This document shows, piece by piece, positions 26,489 to 39,186 of a stretch of DNA of 64,000 bases; positions within the stretch are counted from its first letter, which is position 1; each line of letters begins with the position of its first letter. The stretch comes from Octopus vulgaris (lineage: Eukaryota). Made by a program: the position numbers and the translations under genes. The notes beneath the pieces were generated by a model that saw only the letters and a list, made by a program, of their open reading frames with translations, was not told where the DNA came from and made no database searches. The DNA lies in the NCBI GenBank assembly GCA_951406725.2, contig OX597831.1:70618001-70682000 (forward strand), given 5' to 3'.

Positions 26489-26875
26489 TGTAGGCGCAAT
26501 GGCCCAGTGGTTAGGGCAGCGGACTCGCGGTCATAGGATCGCGGTTTCGATTCCCAGACCAGGCATTGTGTGTGTTTATTGAGCGCAAACACCTAAAGCT
26601 CCACGAGGCTCCGGCAGGGGATGGTGGTGATCCCTGCTGTACTCTTTCACCACAACTTTCTCTCACCCTTACTTCCTGTTTCTGTTGTACCTGTATTTCA
26701 AAGGGCCGGCCTTGTCACTCTCTGTGTCACGCTGAATATCCCCGAGAACTACGTTAAGGGTGCACGTGTCTGTGGAGTGCTCAGCCACTTATACGTAAAT
26801 TTCACGAGCAGGCTGTTCCGTTGATTCGGATCAACCAGAACCCTCGTCGTCATAACCGACGGAGTGCTTCCATTA
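26489..26875 (+). mobile_element. tRNA-derived SINE family C with 14-bp TSD
   Basis: A box TGGCCCAGTGG and B box GGTTTCGATTCC. TSD GTCTGGAAGGTTTG at 26475-26488 and 26876-26889. Confidence 0.9.
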
Positions 26876-27146
26876 GTCTGGAAGGTTTGAATCGGTGAAT
26901 AAAAGGAAGAGGCTACTCTTGTAAAATATCTTTTTTTTTGTATATAATGTATAGGGACACTTTCATCCCCAGGGTCAGTAAACCAATACTTTTACTGATG
27001 AATTACCTCTATACCATTTTAGCAACAGCCCTGACTCTTATCAGTCAGAGGCAATCATCTCTACACAGTTTCTTTGATTTTCTCAGACATACTTAAAGTT
27101 CACTAGGACGCTTGATCCATTTCAGAAAATGGTATTTGGAAGAAAC

Positions 27147-27561
27147 GGCGACGAGCTGGCAGAAACGTTAACATGCCAGGTGAAATGCTTAGTGGTATTT
27201 TGTCTGTCTTTACATTCTGAGTTCAAATTCTGCCGAGGTCGACTTTACCTTTCATTCTTTCAGGGTCGATTAAATACGTGCCAGTTACATACTGGCGTCG
27301 ATATAATCGACTTAATCCATTTGTCTGTCCTTGTTTTTCTTCTCTGTGTTTAGCCCCTTGTGGGTAGTAAAGAAATAGGTATTTCGTCTGTCTTTACATT
27401 CTGAGTTCAAATTCTGCCGAGGTCGACTTTACCTTTCATTCTTTCAGGGTCGATTAAATGCGTACCAGTTACATACTGGGGTCGATATAATCGACTTAAT
27501 CCGTTTGTCTGTCCTTGTTTTTCCTCTCTGTGTTTAGCCCCTTGTGGGTAGTAAAGAAATA
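27147..27561 (+). mobile_element. SINE family B with internal 184-bp tandem duplication and 16-bp TSD
   Basis: TSD GGTATTTGGAAGAAAC at 27131-27146 and 27562-27577. Repeat units start at 27194 and 27378. Confidence 0.9.
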
Positions 27562-28332
27562 GGTATTTGGAAGAAACTGAGGTCCTTTCAGTATGTTGTT
27601 CTTTGTCAACAATTCTAAAAGACCAAAGTTTTCAAGCACAAGCTTTAAGACAATTTCTAAATCATTTTAGAGATCTTCTGATTGTGTTTCTGGAGGGAAA
27701 TATTTTGCTATTAAGAAGTTATATTGTTCTGCTTTTGTATTCGGGGCTAATTTATCTCTATTTTCCTGGCAGCTTATCTTTTAATATGTCTATTAGAGAT
27801 ATGAAGAAAGCACTTTCTTCATAATGTGAACAAATCCTTTATAAGTTTATAAAGTTTGCTTTTTTAGTGACAGTTATTAAATGAACACTAACTCTGATTC
27901 CTTAGAGCCTACAAGAATAGTTTGCTTGTCATTCAACTGTGGTCTCTTGCTCATGAGAATTTTGGCCAAATCTTGACATAAGCATTACCTTCACTCTGAT
28001 ATATTATGGGAAGATATAGCTAAGTTGCCTACATAAGTTCTATAGCAATCTCACATCTCTTGAAGTGGAAGCTCCATGTCAGAATGTATTATTATTGCAT
28101 GGCTTTTTGTAAACCCACCCATCCAGAATGTGGTGATTGTCTCAACTCTTCTTCCATATTTTAATGACTTACTTTCTGTCTCTTTTCTCCTCTGTAGAAG
28201 CTACAATTACTCACTACTCCCTAACTTTCCACACACATTAATCTTATTTTAGTTCAGCCTCAACAGTTCACCCCTATGCCTGATTTTAACTTCTATGTAC
28301 AAAGACCTTACAAACCCTTCAATTAATGTATA

Positions 28333-28567
28333 TATTTCTTTACTACCCACAAGGGGCTAAACACAGAGGGGACAAACAAGGACAGACAAATGGATTAAGT
28401 CGTTTACATCGACCCCAGTGCATAACTGGTACTTAATTTATCGACCCCCCCGAAAGGATGAAAGGCAAAGTCGACCTCGGCGGAATTTGAACTCAGAACG
28501 TAACAGCAGACGAAATACGGTGACGCATTTCGCCCGGCGTGCTAACGTTTCTGCCAGCTCGCTGCCT
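28333..28567 (-). mobile_element. SINE family B
   Basis: Near-identical to 22686-22918. Confidence 0.85.
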
Positions 28568-29228
28568 TAAGGTATAACAAGCTTGTTTTTTGTTTGTCTT
28601 TTTCCGCAATCACAAAGACACTCTTCTGGCACACATCAGGGTAACAGATTTGTAGCCCAGTCGCTTTAAGCATGATCATTATTGTGTCTCTAAGTATGAT
28701 TGGTAAGAGAAAAAATAACATTTGTCACTTACATTATTTGTTGTCTGCTGGAAGATAGTAGAGGTTTGCTCACCTTCTGGTAAAATATATGTACAGAGTG
28801 CAGGCTGCACCTACAACCAGCTGGTGGAAGATCTGCCTGGGGTTAATCTTGTAGTAACATTGAACAGCTATATTGATGTGGCAAGTAACTTTACTTGTTA
28901 CTATAGTTACCACTCTCTTCTCTTATTGAGATTTTACAACTAGTTACTTTGCTCATGTGTGTGCGTGTGTATTTATGTATGTGTGTCTTTGTGTCTGTGT
29001 TTGTCCCCCCACCACCACCACCACCATTGCTTGACAACCAATGTTGTTGTGTTTCATCTCTGTAACTTAGCAGTTCAGCAAAAGAGACTGAAATAATTAG
29101 TACTAGGCTTACAAAGAATAAGTCCTGGTGATGATTTATTCAACTATAACTATTCAAGGCAGTGCTTCAGCATGGCTGCAATCAAATAAATGAGACAAGT
29201 AAAAGAATAAAACAAGATATTTATATAA

Positions 29229-29264
<36 letters not shown>

Positions 29265-30053
29265 ATATGTAAAAAAATACAAACTGGGACAAGAACGCAA
29301 AACATTTAGAAGACAATACAAAAAACACGGACGGGACATTCGAAGCCTTCAATCTTCAGTCAAGAACCAGATCATCCTCGCAATTTCGGCTGATTAATCT
29401 TCAGATTGCTCCAACCTGGCCAGCCCCAAAGGAAAATCTAAGCCAAGCGCATTAGATTCCTTGGAAGAAAGCCTCAAATGTATGGTTAGATACCTATATT
29501 TGTTTATTTTTTATGCATGCCTATATATATTTCCATGTATACAAATAGGGAAATATTTGGACATAGTTTTTCAGTTACCAATAACAGCTATTGTTATTTT
29601 GGAGCAATTTGATCTCTGAACTAGAACTAGCATGTTCCTAAAATTTAATCTCTCTGTCAGTATTAATTAAGTCCTGTTATTGAAACCAGTATAAAGTTCA
29701 TCCCTAATAATTTAATTTTCTTCAAATAATTTCATTTAACTCTATTGTCAATGCAAACGTGAGTAAAATAAAGGATTGTACCAAGTCTTTCATGCATACA
29801 CACATCTTAAGAATAACTTTCTGTTACAAACTTCCATCCTAAAGTTCACAGGCACTTATCAGTAATTTCAGTCATCAATCCTAAGATAAGCGCACTTTTC
29901 TATACACAGTAAGCAATTTTCTCTGCCCCACAGTTGGGATCAACTCAGAATTTAATTCTAAGTAGACTGTCAATTTTGGATAGAATCTACCCATTTATAT
30001 CAGATAATATTTGCATTATGTAAAGTATATTTTTAATATAATTTACACCCCTT

Positions 30054-30090
<37 letters not shown>

Positions 30091-30289
30091 TCATGCATGT
30101 GTGTGCGTGTATCTGTTCCAGCTTTTGTGTATTATCATTTCGAATCCTGCTTTCTCATTGTAAAGTGGTAACACATCTGGTGGAAGATGTGGCGGCTAGC
30201 ATCAATTTCAAAAACAAGTAGAAGCAGTTTCCTTTATTTGATTGGAAGCTTAGCTGTTACAAATCGTAACTGCATCAAGAAAGGCCATT

Positions 30290-30828
30290 TCTCTAATTGT
30301 AGAAGGAATGTGCAGATGGGGTAGACCCAGGAAGATGCGGGACAAATTGGTGAGAAAGGATCTTCAGAATTTTAGCTTCACAGAAGATAAGACAAGGTAC
30401 TGAGACTTTTGGTGGTTTGCTGCGCTTGAAAAGACATGTCAAGCTGAGCAAAACCATGGCCATCCATGAATACAAGCATGTCCTCTACATCTGTCTCTCA
30501 GCCAAGTGGTCCTAGTCTTGTGGACTCATGGGTGCAGGTGTCAGTGCCAGTGTCACATAAAAGCACCTATGCCAGTGCCACATGGGAGCAATTGTGCTGG
30601 TGTCACATAAAAGTGCCTATGCAGGAGTCATGTAAAAGCATCCAGGTTGGTGCCACGTTAAAAGCACCCAGCACACTCTGTAAAGTGGTTGGCATTAGGA
30701 AGGGCATCCAGCTGTAGAAACGATGCCAAACAGATCAATGGAGCCTGGGAGCTTTCCAGTTGGTCAGCTCCTGTCTAATCATCCAATCCATGCCAGCATG
30801 GAAAACAGACATTAGACGATGATGATGT
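30290..30828 (+). mobile_element. RTE-type LINE 3' end (ORF terminus, subrepeats, (GAT)n tail)
   Basis: VEGMCRWGRPRKMRDKLVRKDL followed by GTGCCAC.TAAAAGCACC repeats and the shared tail. Confidence 0.7.
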
Positions 30829-31089
30829 TACTGTCACGCCCCATCACTTGTGTACAACATGTGTGTATCATATATGTATGCACTGGTGGTCAAAAGTCTG
30901 AAAACACTGATAAAAATAAGGTTTTATACTGCAATTGATAATGTAGATGACAAATAAAGATGGTATTTTATGATAAAATTCACAGATAACATTCAAATAT
31001 CAATGTTATATTACTTACACTAAAGATTCCCTCCAAACTTAGAAGCTGAGTTGTGTATGATAGCCAGGTATTGAATTTGGTTGTCAGAG

Positions 31090-31370
31090 GCTGTTTGAGA
31101 AGCATTTCTTTGTTGTAGGTGCTTATCCCTGCTATATCTTCTCGGCTTATCGAAGGAGAGGGGCTTTCTCCATTCAGGTTGCGGATCCGTGGAATAAGCT
31201 GCCAGACAAGATAATGAAGATGCTGACGACTGCTCGGTTCAAAGTCTCTCTTGACCAGAAATGGCCTGAACTCATTGCATGAACACCCTCCCTGTACGTA
31301 ACTCCATGTTCCCCTACATGGCCTTGCTTTTTGCTTTTTGAGCCAAAAAATTAACTTAACTTAACTAATT
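31090..31370 (+). mobile_element. CR1-like LINE 3' end
   Basis: FSIQVADPWNKLPDKIMKM..FKVSLDQKW followed by an (AACTT)n tail. Confidence 0.65.
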
Positions 31371-31389
31371 AGGACGATTACCAACCACA

Positions 31390-31970
31390 GCTGTGAGATG
31401 GAGGTTTATTAGATGTTCCCATACCTTGTCACCACCATCAAGGACAACCTCTTTCTAGATTTTGATATTAACAGGCATTTTGAAAGAACATATTCCACAA
31501 TAGCCAGATCGGTAACACAAGCCTGGAAAGCACTGCGCTAATGTTGCACACTAAGGTTGCATTCTGCAATGCTTGTGTCTTCACTGCACTGCTTTATGGC
31601 AGTGAGAGCTGGTGCTTCTACTCAAGGCAAGAGCAGAATCTCAACTCTTTCCACCGTCACAGCCTGAGATAAATCCTGGCCATCAAGTGGACTTAATTAT
31701 CAACAATGAGATCCTGGCTCTTGCTCAGGCACCCTTTCTCTTCTTCCAAAGACAAGAACGATGCCTCTTCTATCTGGGCTGTTTACATTGCATGACAGAT
31801 AGGAGGATCCTAAGACAGCCATATGGAGAGAACAGGCCTCCAGCAGAGGTGACTCCATTTTCGTTTCAAGGAAGTCTGCAAGAGAGACATGAAGTCTCTT
31901 TACATAAACACTGAAAGATGGGAAGACAGGAACTTGACAATACAAGCATTGAAAAGATGAATGAAGCGGC
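31390..31970 (+). mobile_element. Decayed RTE LINE fragment
   Basis: LEVY..FPYL, CVFTALLYGSESW and MTDRRILRQPYGE remnants. Confidence 0.6.
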
Positions 31971-32159
31971 AGATTGTATATTTGGATTCAGGTGTCGCAG
32001 CCAGGACTGTCACTCGCATGAGCATCTCTGTAGTTCACAGCAGACTATTTGCTGCCAAGAACACCAAAGCAGGACTTTCTTGTAAGATTAAACATATTCT
32101 TATCTCTCTCCCTCCCCCACTCTCTCTCCTTCTTCCCTCTTCCCCTCTCTCTCTCTCTT

Positions 32160-32243
<84 letters not shown>

Positions 32244-32753
32244 TTGTTTAGCATCTGCCTTACATATATATTTGTGTGTGTGTGTAAAATGGATGAAAAT
32301 ACACAGTAGAATTAAAAGAACTGTGATCTTATTTTAGAAAAATTAAAAGATAAAGTACAAATGTAATATTTAATTTAGATATATCAAATATTCTTAACCT
32401 ACATTTTAACTGGTTTTATCTATTCAAAGGAACTTATCAAAGGAAAATGCTGTTGTGACTACAGTATTTGAAGTATATAGTGTTGAAATTGTTGCAGCTA
32501 GACAGAGAACTAGGGTGTCAGGTGAGAAGACAAAAAATGTTCACTAAAAAATTTGAGGGAAAGTATATGATTTTTAAACAGTATGTGTATATCTTTATGC
32601 CCATGTTTGTCTCTCCAGCATCGCCTGACAATCAATGCTGATGTGTTTACGTCACTGTAACTTAGTTCAGCAAAAGAGACAGACAGAATAAGTTCTAGGC
32701 TTACAAATGTTAGTCCTGGGGTTGATTTCTTCAACTACAAAAATATCTTTTAA

Positions 32754-33141
32754 CCCTTTCGTTACTGTATTTATTTTGAAATGCTCTGTATTTCTTTCGA
32801 TTACTTTAAATATAACAAAGAATTTAGTAAAATAACTTGGTTATCATTCAGCTAGTGTTAGGAACATAAATTGTGACTAAGGTTTGGTGGAAGATTTTAA
32901 TTCAAAACTTATGAAAATAAGACATTTATACTCAGAGCCAGAGGCGGTTTCAGCCAGGTTGGTATCAAAAGGGTTAAATATAACAAAGAATTTAGTAAAA
33001 TAACTTAGTTATCATTCAGTTAGTGTCAGGAACATAAATTGTGACTAAGTTTTGGTGGAAGATTTTAATTCAAAACTTATGAAAATAAGACATTTGTACT
33101 CAGAGCCAAAGCTGGTTTCAGTCAGGTTGGTAACAAAAGGG
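32754..33141. mobile_element. piggyBac-type MITE (220 bp) with 168-bp partial tandem duplication, inserted in a SINE A copy
   Basis: TTAA-CCCTTT...AAAGGG-TTAA at 32750-32977. The segment from the internal TTAA (32806) is repeated to 33141. Confidence 0.8.
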
Positions 33142-33249
33142 CTAAGGTGGTGCTTCAATATGGTGGCAGCCAAATGACAGAAACAAGTAAAAGAAAAGTA
33201 AAAGAATAAAATATCTGAAAATGTTGAGACATTTTAGGCTACAAATATT

Positions 33250-33900
33250 TTGATCTTTCCATGCATTCTCTCCAGCATCCAGATCAGGGATGATCTGTGC
33301 CGTTACCCATTTTAGCAGTATCATAAGCTTTAAGTCAAGTTTCATACATTTTGCAGAGTGCAGTATGTGTCATCCTGTTGGAATGTGATGCGGCATTGGG
33401 CGATATAAGGTGGCGAGCTGGCAGAATCGTTAGCATGCCGGGCGAAATGCTTAGCGGTATTTCGTCTGCGTTACGTTGTGAGTTCGAATTCCGCCGAGGT
33501 CGACTTTGCCTTTCATCCTTTCGTCGATAAATTAAGTACCAGTTACGCACTGGGGTCGATGTAATCGACTTAATACCTATGTCTGTCCTTGTTTGTCCCC
33601 TCTGTGTTTAGCCCCTTGTGGGTAATAAAGAAATAGGTATTGGGCGATCATATGAGCAGACAGTTTCTTATTCAAAATATCCAGGTGGGGTTTAGAATGC
33701 ATCATTTTTACCTTGAGGCATTCTCTAATATCCAGCTGCCCCTTTTGCTGGAATTACATCAATTCATAATGAACAGGCATTGCTTGAATCTTGCAAATGA
33801 GTCCCTGATTTTGTATGTGGAGTTTGATAGACAATAATGCGAAGGAGTATTAGATGTAAACTGCTTAACAGATGTTTTATTGCTAAATGTGATCAGTCAG
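33250..33900 (-). pseudogene. Decayed Tc1-like transposase fragment
   Basis: Minus fragments ITFQQDD and ILLKWVTAQIIPDLDAGENAW (compare W.AQSPDLNPIENAW). Confidence 0.5.
33405..33635 (+). mobile_element. SINE family B with 13-bp TSD (one mismatch)
   Basis: GG(C/T)ATTGGGCGAT at 33392-33404 and 33636-33648. Confidence 0.85.
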
Positions 33901-34211
33901 TCCTTTGTAATTCAATTTTTATGTGAAATGGTATAAAATTCTTGATATAATAGTGTTTTTTTCATTCAATGTCATGCAACTAGATGGCAGTCTTCCAGTG
34001 ATCAATGACCTTCTGTCATATTGCTGCATTTTGCTTCACTGGCAAATGGACTGATGAAATACTGCTAGATGAGAAAGGGGATAGAAAAGAAGGGCAATGA
34101 ATCATTTCATTGGTCTGCAAACTAATGACACAATATCAGCCTGATCTGTCAAATGAATTGCATCTACCTACCAGACGAAGTTGTAACCAACCTTTCTGGA
34201 CAGCACTATCA

Positions 34212-34585
34212 AGTGGAGGTGCAATAGCCCAATGACTAGGGCAGCGGACTTGCAGTCGGAGGATCATGGTTTCGATTCCCAGACCGGGCGTTGTGTGTGT
34301 TTATTGAGCGAAAACACCTAAAGCTCCACGAGGCGGAGGCAGGGGGTGGTGGCGACCCCTGTTGTACTCTTTCGCTCCAACTTTCTCTCACCCTTTCTTC
34401 CTGTTTCTTGTCCCCGACTTTCTACGCAATCCCTGCGCCTGGATGCGCATTCATCCATCCGTCGATGCTCTCGGTGTCGGGGGTTGACCTGCTTTCTCTT
34501 CTGCAGGTCTTACGAATAGCAAAGGACCACGTTTCGGACTTCTAGGAAGAAGACCACTTCGCTCAACAAACAAACAAACAAACAA
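34212..34585 (+). mobile_element. SINE family C, alternative 3' half and (CAAA)n tail, 12-bp TSD
   Basis: Head shared with 26489. TSD ACAGCACTATCA at 34200-34211 and 34586-34597. Confidence 0.85.
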
Positions 34586-35008
34586 ACAGCACTATCAGAA
34601 ATTGTAGCAGAACATGTATCCATGGCTATGTAAAATAAAACTTTTGGTCCTTTTTCTTATTCAGATGACAATTCTATAGATTTATAGGAAACAAGTTGTT
34701 TTCAATGTTAGATACAAGATATAATTCTAAAATAACATTTCATCAGTCCTCTATTATTAATACTCAGTATAAATTAATTAACTTTGTTATTTGCAAATAT
34801 TTTACAAGATAATTAGGTTTTATCTTTATATCAAAATATATTTGGAAAAATAGTAAATGTCATCTCTATATACTAACTCTTGACTAGAAAATTACGTTTA
34901 TATGTGTGTGTTTGAATGTCTGAAACATACATATATATATCAACTGCTATCTCTCTCTCTATATATATATATATAATATATATATATATTTATATATATA
35001 TATATATC

Positions 35009-35044
<36 letters not shown>

Positions 35045-35068
35045 TGATTCATACACACACACACGCAC

Positions 35069-35117
<49 letters not shown>

Positions 35118-35123
<6 letters not shown>

Positions 35124-35969
35124 GTGATGAATAAATTGTCATCTAAATTATGCAAAAATGAAAATAAAACTGACGTCTCATTTTAAAATATATATTTACC
35201 AAAATTTCATTAAAATATCCTGAAATACTAGATAGTAAATTTATTCAATAAAATCACCACAACCACCAAACAACTTTGGAATAATCTGCAACTCTTCTGG
35301 ACAATCTCCTTGTTTAAGTTTGTGAATGCTGCCATAATCCTTGCCTTCAGTTCATCTTTGGTGTTACAAGGAGTTTTGTTGGTCTCTTGCTCAACTGTGC
35401 CTCACACATAATAATCCATGGGTTTGCAGTCTGGGGAGTTAGGTAGTCAGATGCCATTACAGAAATTGTCTGACAACCATCACTGGGTTCTCCTGCTTAT
35501 GTAGCATGGTGCAGAGTCTTGTTGCCAGGCGTAAGGTCTTCCAGCAGCCAACCTCTTGACCCAGGGCAGCACTACCTCCTCTAGACATGTGATGTTGACC
35601 TCTCTGTTGATTCTGAGATGGTGTAGGAAGATGAATGGAGGTATAAAGTCATCATCACTAGTGATCACTCCAAACACCATGATGTTGACTGGATGTTTGA
35701 TTTTTATCACTCTCAATACATGTTCATATTGGTACATGTTTGTATTGAAACTTCCAACGCTTTGTAATGGAGCTTCTGGAATGAATGCCAAGCAGTACAG
35801 CATGTCGTTTCCAAATTTCTGGGTGAGTGAATTGCATCATGGTGCTGTTTTTCTCACAGACAGTGCCCAACTGGCCTTACTATACTGTGTAGTCGACAAA
35901 ATCAAAAACCAAACAATATGCATGTGTGAAATTAGAAATATAAAATGGTGACAATTTATCCATTGCACC

Positions 35970-35972
<3 letters not shown>
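35118..35972 (-). mobile_element. Internally deleted DD37D (maT-like) element
   Basis: TIRs (C/T)AGGGTGYRATGRATAAATTGTCA in (TA)n. KHPVNIMVFGVITSD...WQQDSAPC motifs. Confidence 0.8.
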
Positions 35973-36019
<47 letters not shown>

Positions 36020-36463
36020 GAAGCATGACCTTCGAACATTGGACCTCACAGAGGCAATAATGGGAGATCGAGACCTTTGAAGATATGCTGTGATTAAGAA
36101 GACCCAGCAACTAAAGTGAAATTGCAGACATGGCTGATGCCATTATTGCATTTCTGGCCCATTTAAGAATACCCTTGATGCATCGGGCAATATGATATGC
36201 TTGGGGAGACCTGTTGAGTCAAGTAAAACCAAAATCGTAGCTGTGGCCAGTGCTCCCTGACTGTGGCCAGTGGCACATAAAATGCACCATCCGATAGTGG
36301 TCAATGCCAGTGCCTGATAAAGGACCTGAAATACCTGGTAGCAGGGCATGCAAGAAATAGCAGCCAAATCTCTCCTTTTGGGGGAAAAGGAGTTGTTATA
36401 GGCATGATCTCAATATTACATTCATTGAAAACATGCGAAATAACATGGAAAAAAAAGAAAAAC

Positions 36464-36530
36464 CTGCGAAACAAAACTATATTGCTGGGAAACTCAGACT
36501 TCCCTGGTGACCCAATGGGTCGTAGGTAGT
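36464..36530 (-). CDS. Candidate host coding exon 2 (D)YLRPIGSPGKSEFPSNIVLFR(R); product unknown
   Basis: Strong acceptor TTTTATTTATTACCAG and weak donor CAG|GTTTTT. It is 67 nt, phase 1-2, and compatible with both neighbouring candidate exons. Confidence 0.5.
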
Positions 36531-37719
36531 CTGGTAATAAATAAAAGCAAGATTTCTTTTTACAGTTTTTCTCAAATGTGAATGACATAATATGTAATAG
36601 CTCTTAATATATTAGATTTTAAAATCCATTGACTACAAAACCAACCACAGGACTAAAATCATGTATCAGCTAGAATACATATGGTCGTGATACTATTACA
36701 CTGAAGTAACTCTCTGACTTCCAACCCCTGAAATCACAGACTGCAATCTTGCAAACAAGAAAAGGCATTGTTTTACATTTAAAAGATAATTTTAGATGCA
36801 TTGGCATATATTACAGAGAAATGAATGCATACATATGCACACGCACAACATCATCATCATCATCATCATCATTTAACGTCTGTTTTCCGTGCTGGCATGA
36901 GTTGGATGGTTTGACAGGTGCTGGCTAGGCAGAAGGCTGCATTAGGCTTCACTGTTTGTTTTGGTGGGGTTTTTACAGCTGGATCCCCTTTCTAACACCA
37001 ACCACTTTACAGTGTGGACTGGATGCACCAGCATTAGTGGGGTCACCAAGTAACTTGTAAGATAAAGATCCTTTGAAAGGGGGATGGGGAGGAGGCATTG
37101 AAGGAGTTAGTCTTGTGTCAGCTGATGAGAGGTTAGAGCGTGGCAGAGAGAAAGAAACAAGTGTCTTGCTGTTGAGGAGACACGTGGTTATCCAGTCAGA
37201 GGGAGAGAGCAAGAGAAAGATGGAGAGAGTGAGTGAGTGATCAAGAATGTGGGAGAGAAAGCGAGTGAGAGTGCAAGGGAGAGCAGAAGTGAGATGGTTG
37301 TGAAGTGCTAGGGCATGCACTTACAGTACAGTGATCAGAATATAGATGGGATGGTAGAGTATTGCCCAGGGAGTAGGGACTTCACATGAATCAAAGAAGA
37401 GTGTGGGAGAGGGGAAAGCACTGACTGGTGACATGTGGGTAAATATACATATAATTTTGTATACATACACACACACACACACATACACACACACACACAC
37501 ACATACACACACACATATATATATATATATGTATGTATATATATAATGTATGTATAGAACGTATACAAGGAGTTTTCAACTGAAATTTTGTGTTATGAGT
37601 GTTCAGTCTGGTTTACCACTAAAACTCCAGCTTGAACTGCAACTGAAAAAGTAGTGTTGAGACTGCCTAGGGAAAGCGGCAAGAAGTGGTATATATGGAT
37701 GTGTGTGTCTCATTAGGCT

Positions 37720-38445
37720 ATTCCTGCTTGACATGTTAGGAAGAGCCTTTCCTGGTGTATATTTTGCTATTTATAGGGACGATACTTGAACTTTAGCTAA
37801 GAATAACAATGGACCAATGCAAGATCAGTTAAGGAAAGGTATTATCCATCTTATGAAAACATTCGATCTTAACATAACAATACATCAATTTCCTTGATGT
37901 ATCTCAAGATTTACAAAAGAATATTTACAAACCCTAGAGAAAGCCCAACGATAGACTTAGTTATATTAATGTAGGTTCCTGCCACCCCATTATAGTGTTT
38001 AAAAATTTAGTTTAGAATATTAGTAGGAGAATCTCTAGCCTCTCCTCCAACATAAACGTATATTATAATACTGCCCCACTATATAACAATGCCCTTAAAG
38101 CTGGTGGATTTAAAGAGGAAACGGATTACAAACCTACTATTAAACCAGAAATAAAGAAAAGGAAACAGGCACAGGAAAACTATCTGGTTCACACTCCCTT
38201 ACTCACTCAAAGTGACCTTTAATATAGGTAAATATTTCTTGTCACTTATAGATTAGACATTTTCCAATACATTTCTCTTTTTTTCTTTTTTATCTATTAA
38301 ATTAACTTCCCTTTTATTCAACGGTTTTTTCATAGTATCTGTTGCCATTAATAGCCAACAAGAATGTATCGCAGCTCTTAGTTCCAAGATTCGAAACCCT
38401 GAGTACTATAATGACAAACTTTTTCTGTTTGTTCTAAATTATAAC
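37720..38445 (+). mobile_element. Penelope-like element remnant: RT C-terminal half, deleted endonuclease, 3' terminal repeat abutting (TA)n
   Basis: IYRDD, INFLDVS..YKP*RKPND..YINVGSCHP..ISRRISSLSSN..YNNALKAGGF..RKTIWF.LPYS..NIGKYFL are characteristic of Penelope RT and linker. Confidence 0.85.
38351..38409 (+). ncRNA. Degenerate hammerhead remnant in Penelope 3' region
   Basis: auag CCAACAA gaau...auuc GAAAC ccuga GUA cuau. Stems are intact but the CUGANGA box is decayed, consistent with CpG loss from CCGACGA. Confidence 0.5.
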
Positions 38446-38456
38446 CTATATATATG

Positions 38457-38511
<55 letters not shown>

Positions 38512-38517
38512 ATATAT

Positions 38518-38609
<92 letters not shown>

Positions 38610-39014
38610 TATAGAGAGAGAGATATATGCATATACATATATATATGGATGTGTGTGTATATGCATATATAAATCTACAGGAATTTCCATCAGTAATTGG
38701 TTCCAAGACATGTAACTACTTGAAGAATGATGTAACACCACGAAAAATCATTTTAAAAACTTTATTAGATTTTATCTGTTTTAATAAATGGTTTGTACAT
38801 ATTTTCACATGTATTGTATTTGATTGCTTCTTCAGTATTGGTTTTTAGGCGTTTTTTGAAATTTTTATGATTTTAAACATGTTCATTGCGACTGACATAA
38901 AGTCAGATAATTCAGATGAAGTTCAGGTTTATTTTTTCCATCAATTTCTTTAAAAAATGAGGTGAAGTTCAAAAGACATAACTCAATATGATATAATTTG
39001 TAGTATACCTAATT

Positions 39015-39153
39015 ATGTATGTATGTATGTATGTATGTATGTATGTATGTGTGTGTGTATGTGTGTATGTACGTGTGTATGTGTGTATGTATGTATGTAT
39101 GTATGTATGTATGTGTGTATGTATGTGTGTATGTATGTATGTGTGTATGTGTG

Positions 39154-39186
<33 letters not shown>

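Larger units (their letters stand above)
26200..27954 (-). pseudogene. Highly decayed Tc1-like transposase interrupted by two SINEs
   Basis: Minus fragments QQDNTPVHSA, FLENHEID and IQEEYEQF..VRKLANGM. Both SINE insertions have TSDs. Confidence 0.5.

Noticed and set aside
26489-26560. tRNA-like sequence
   Set aside because: It is a SINE head with body and TSD, not a tRNA gene.
29270-29490. Two CUGAAGA boxes and GAAA on minus in a repeat-like insert
   Set aside because: I could not assign consistent stems I-III. It is possibly a decayed PLE end but unsupported.
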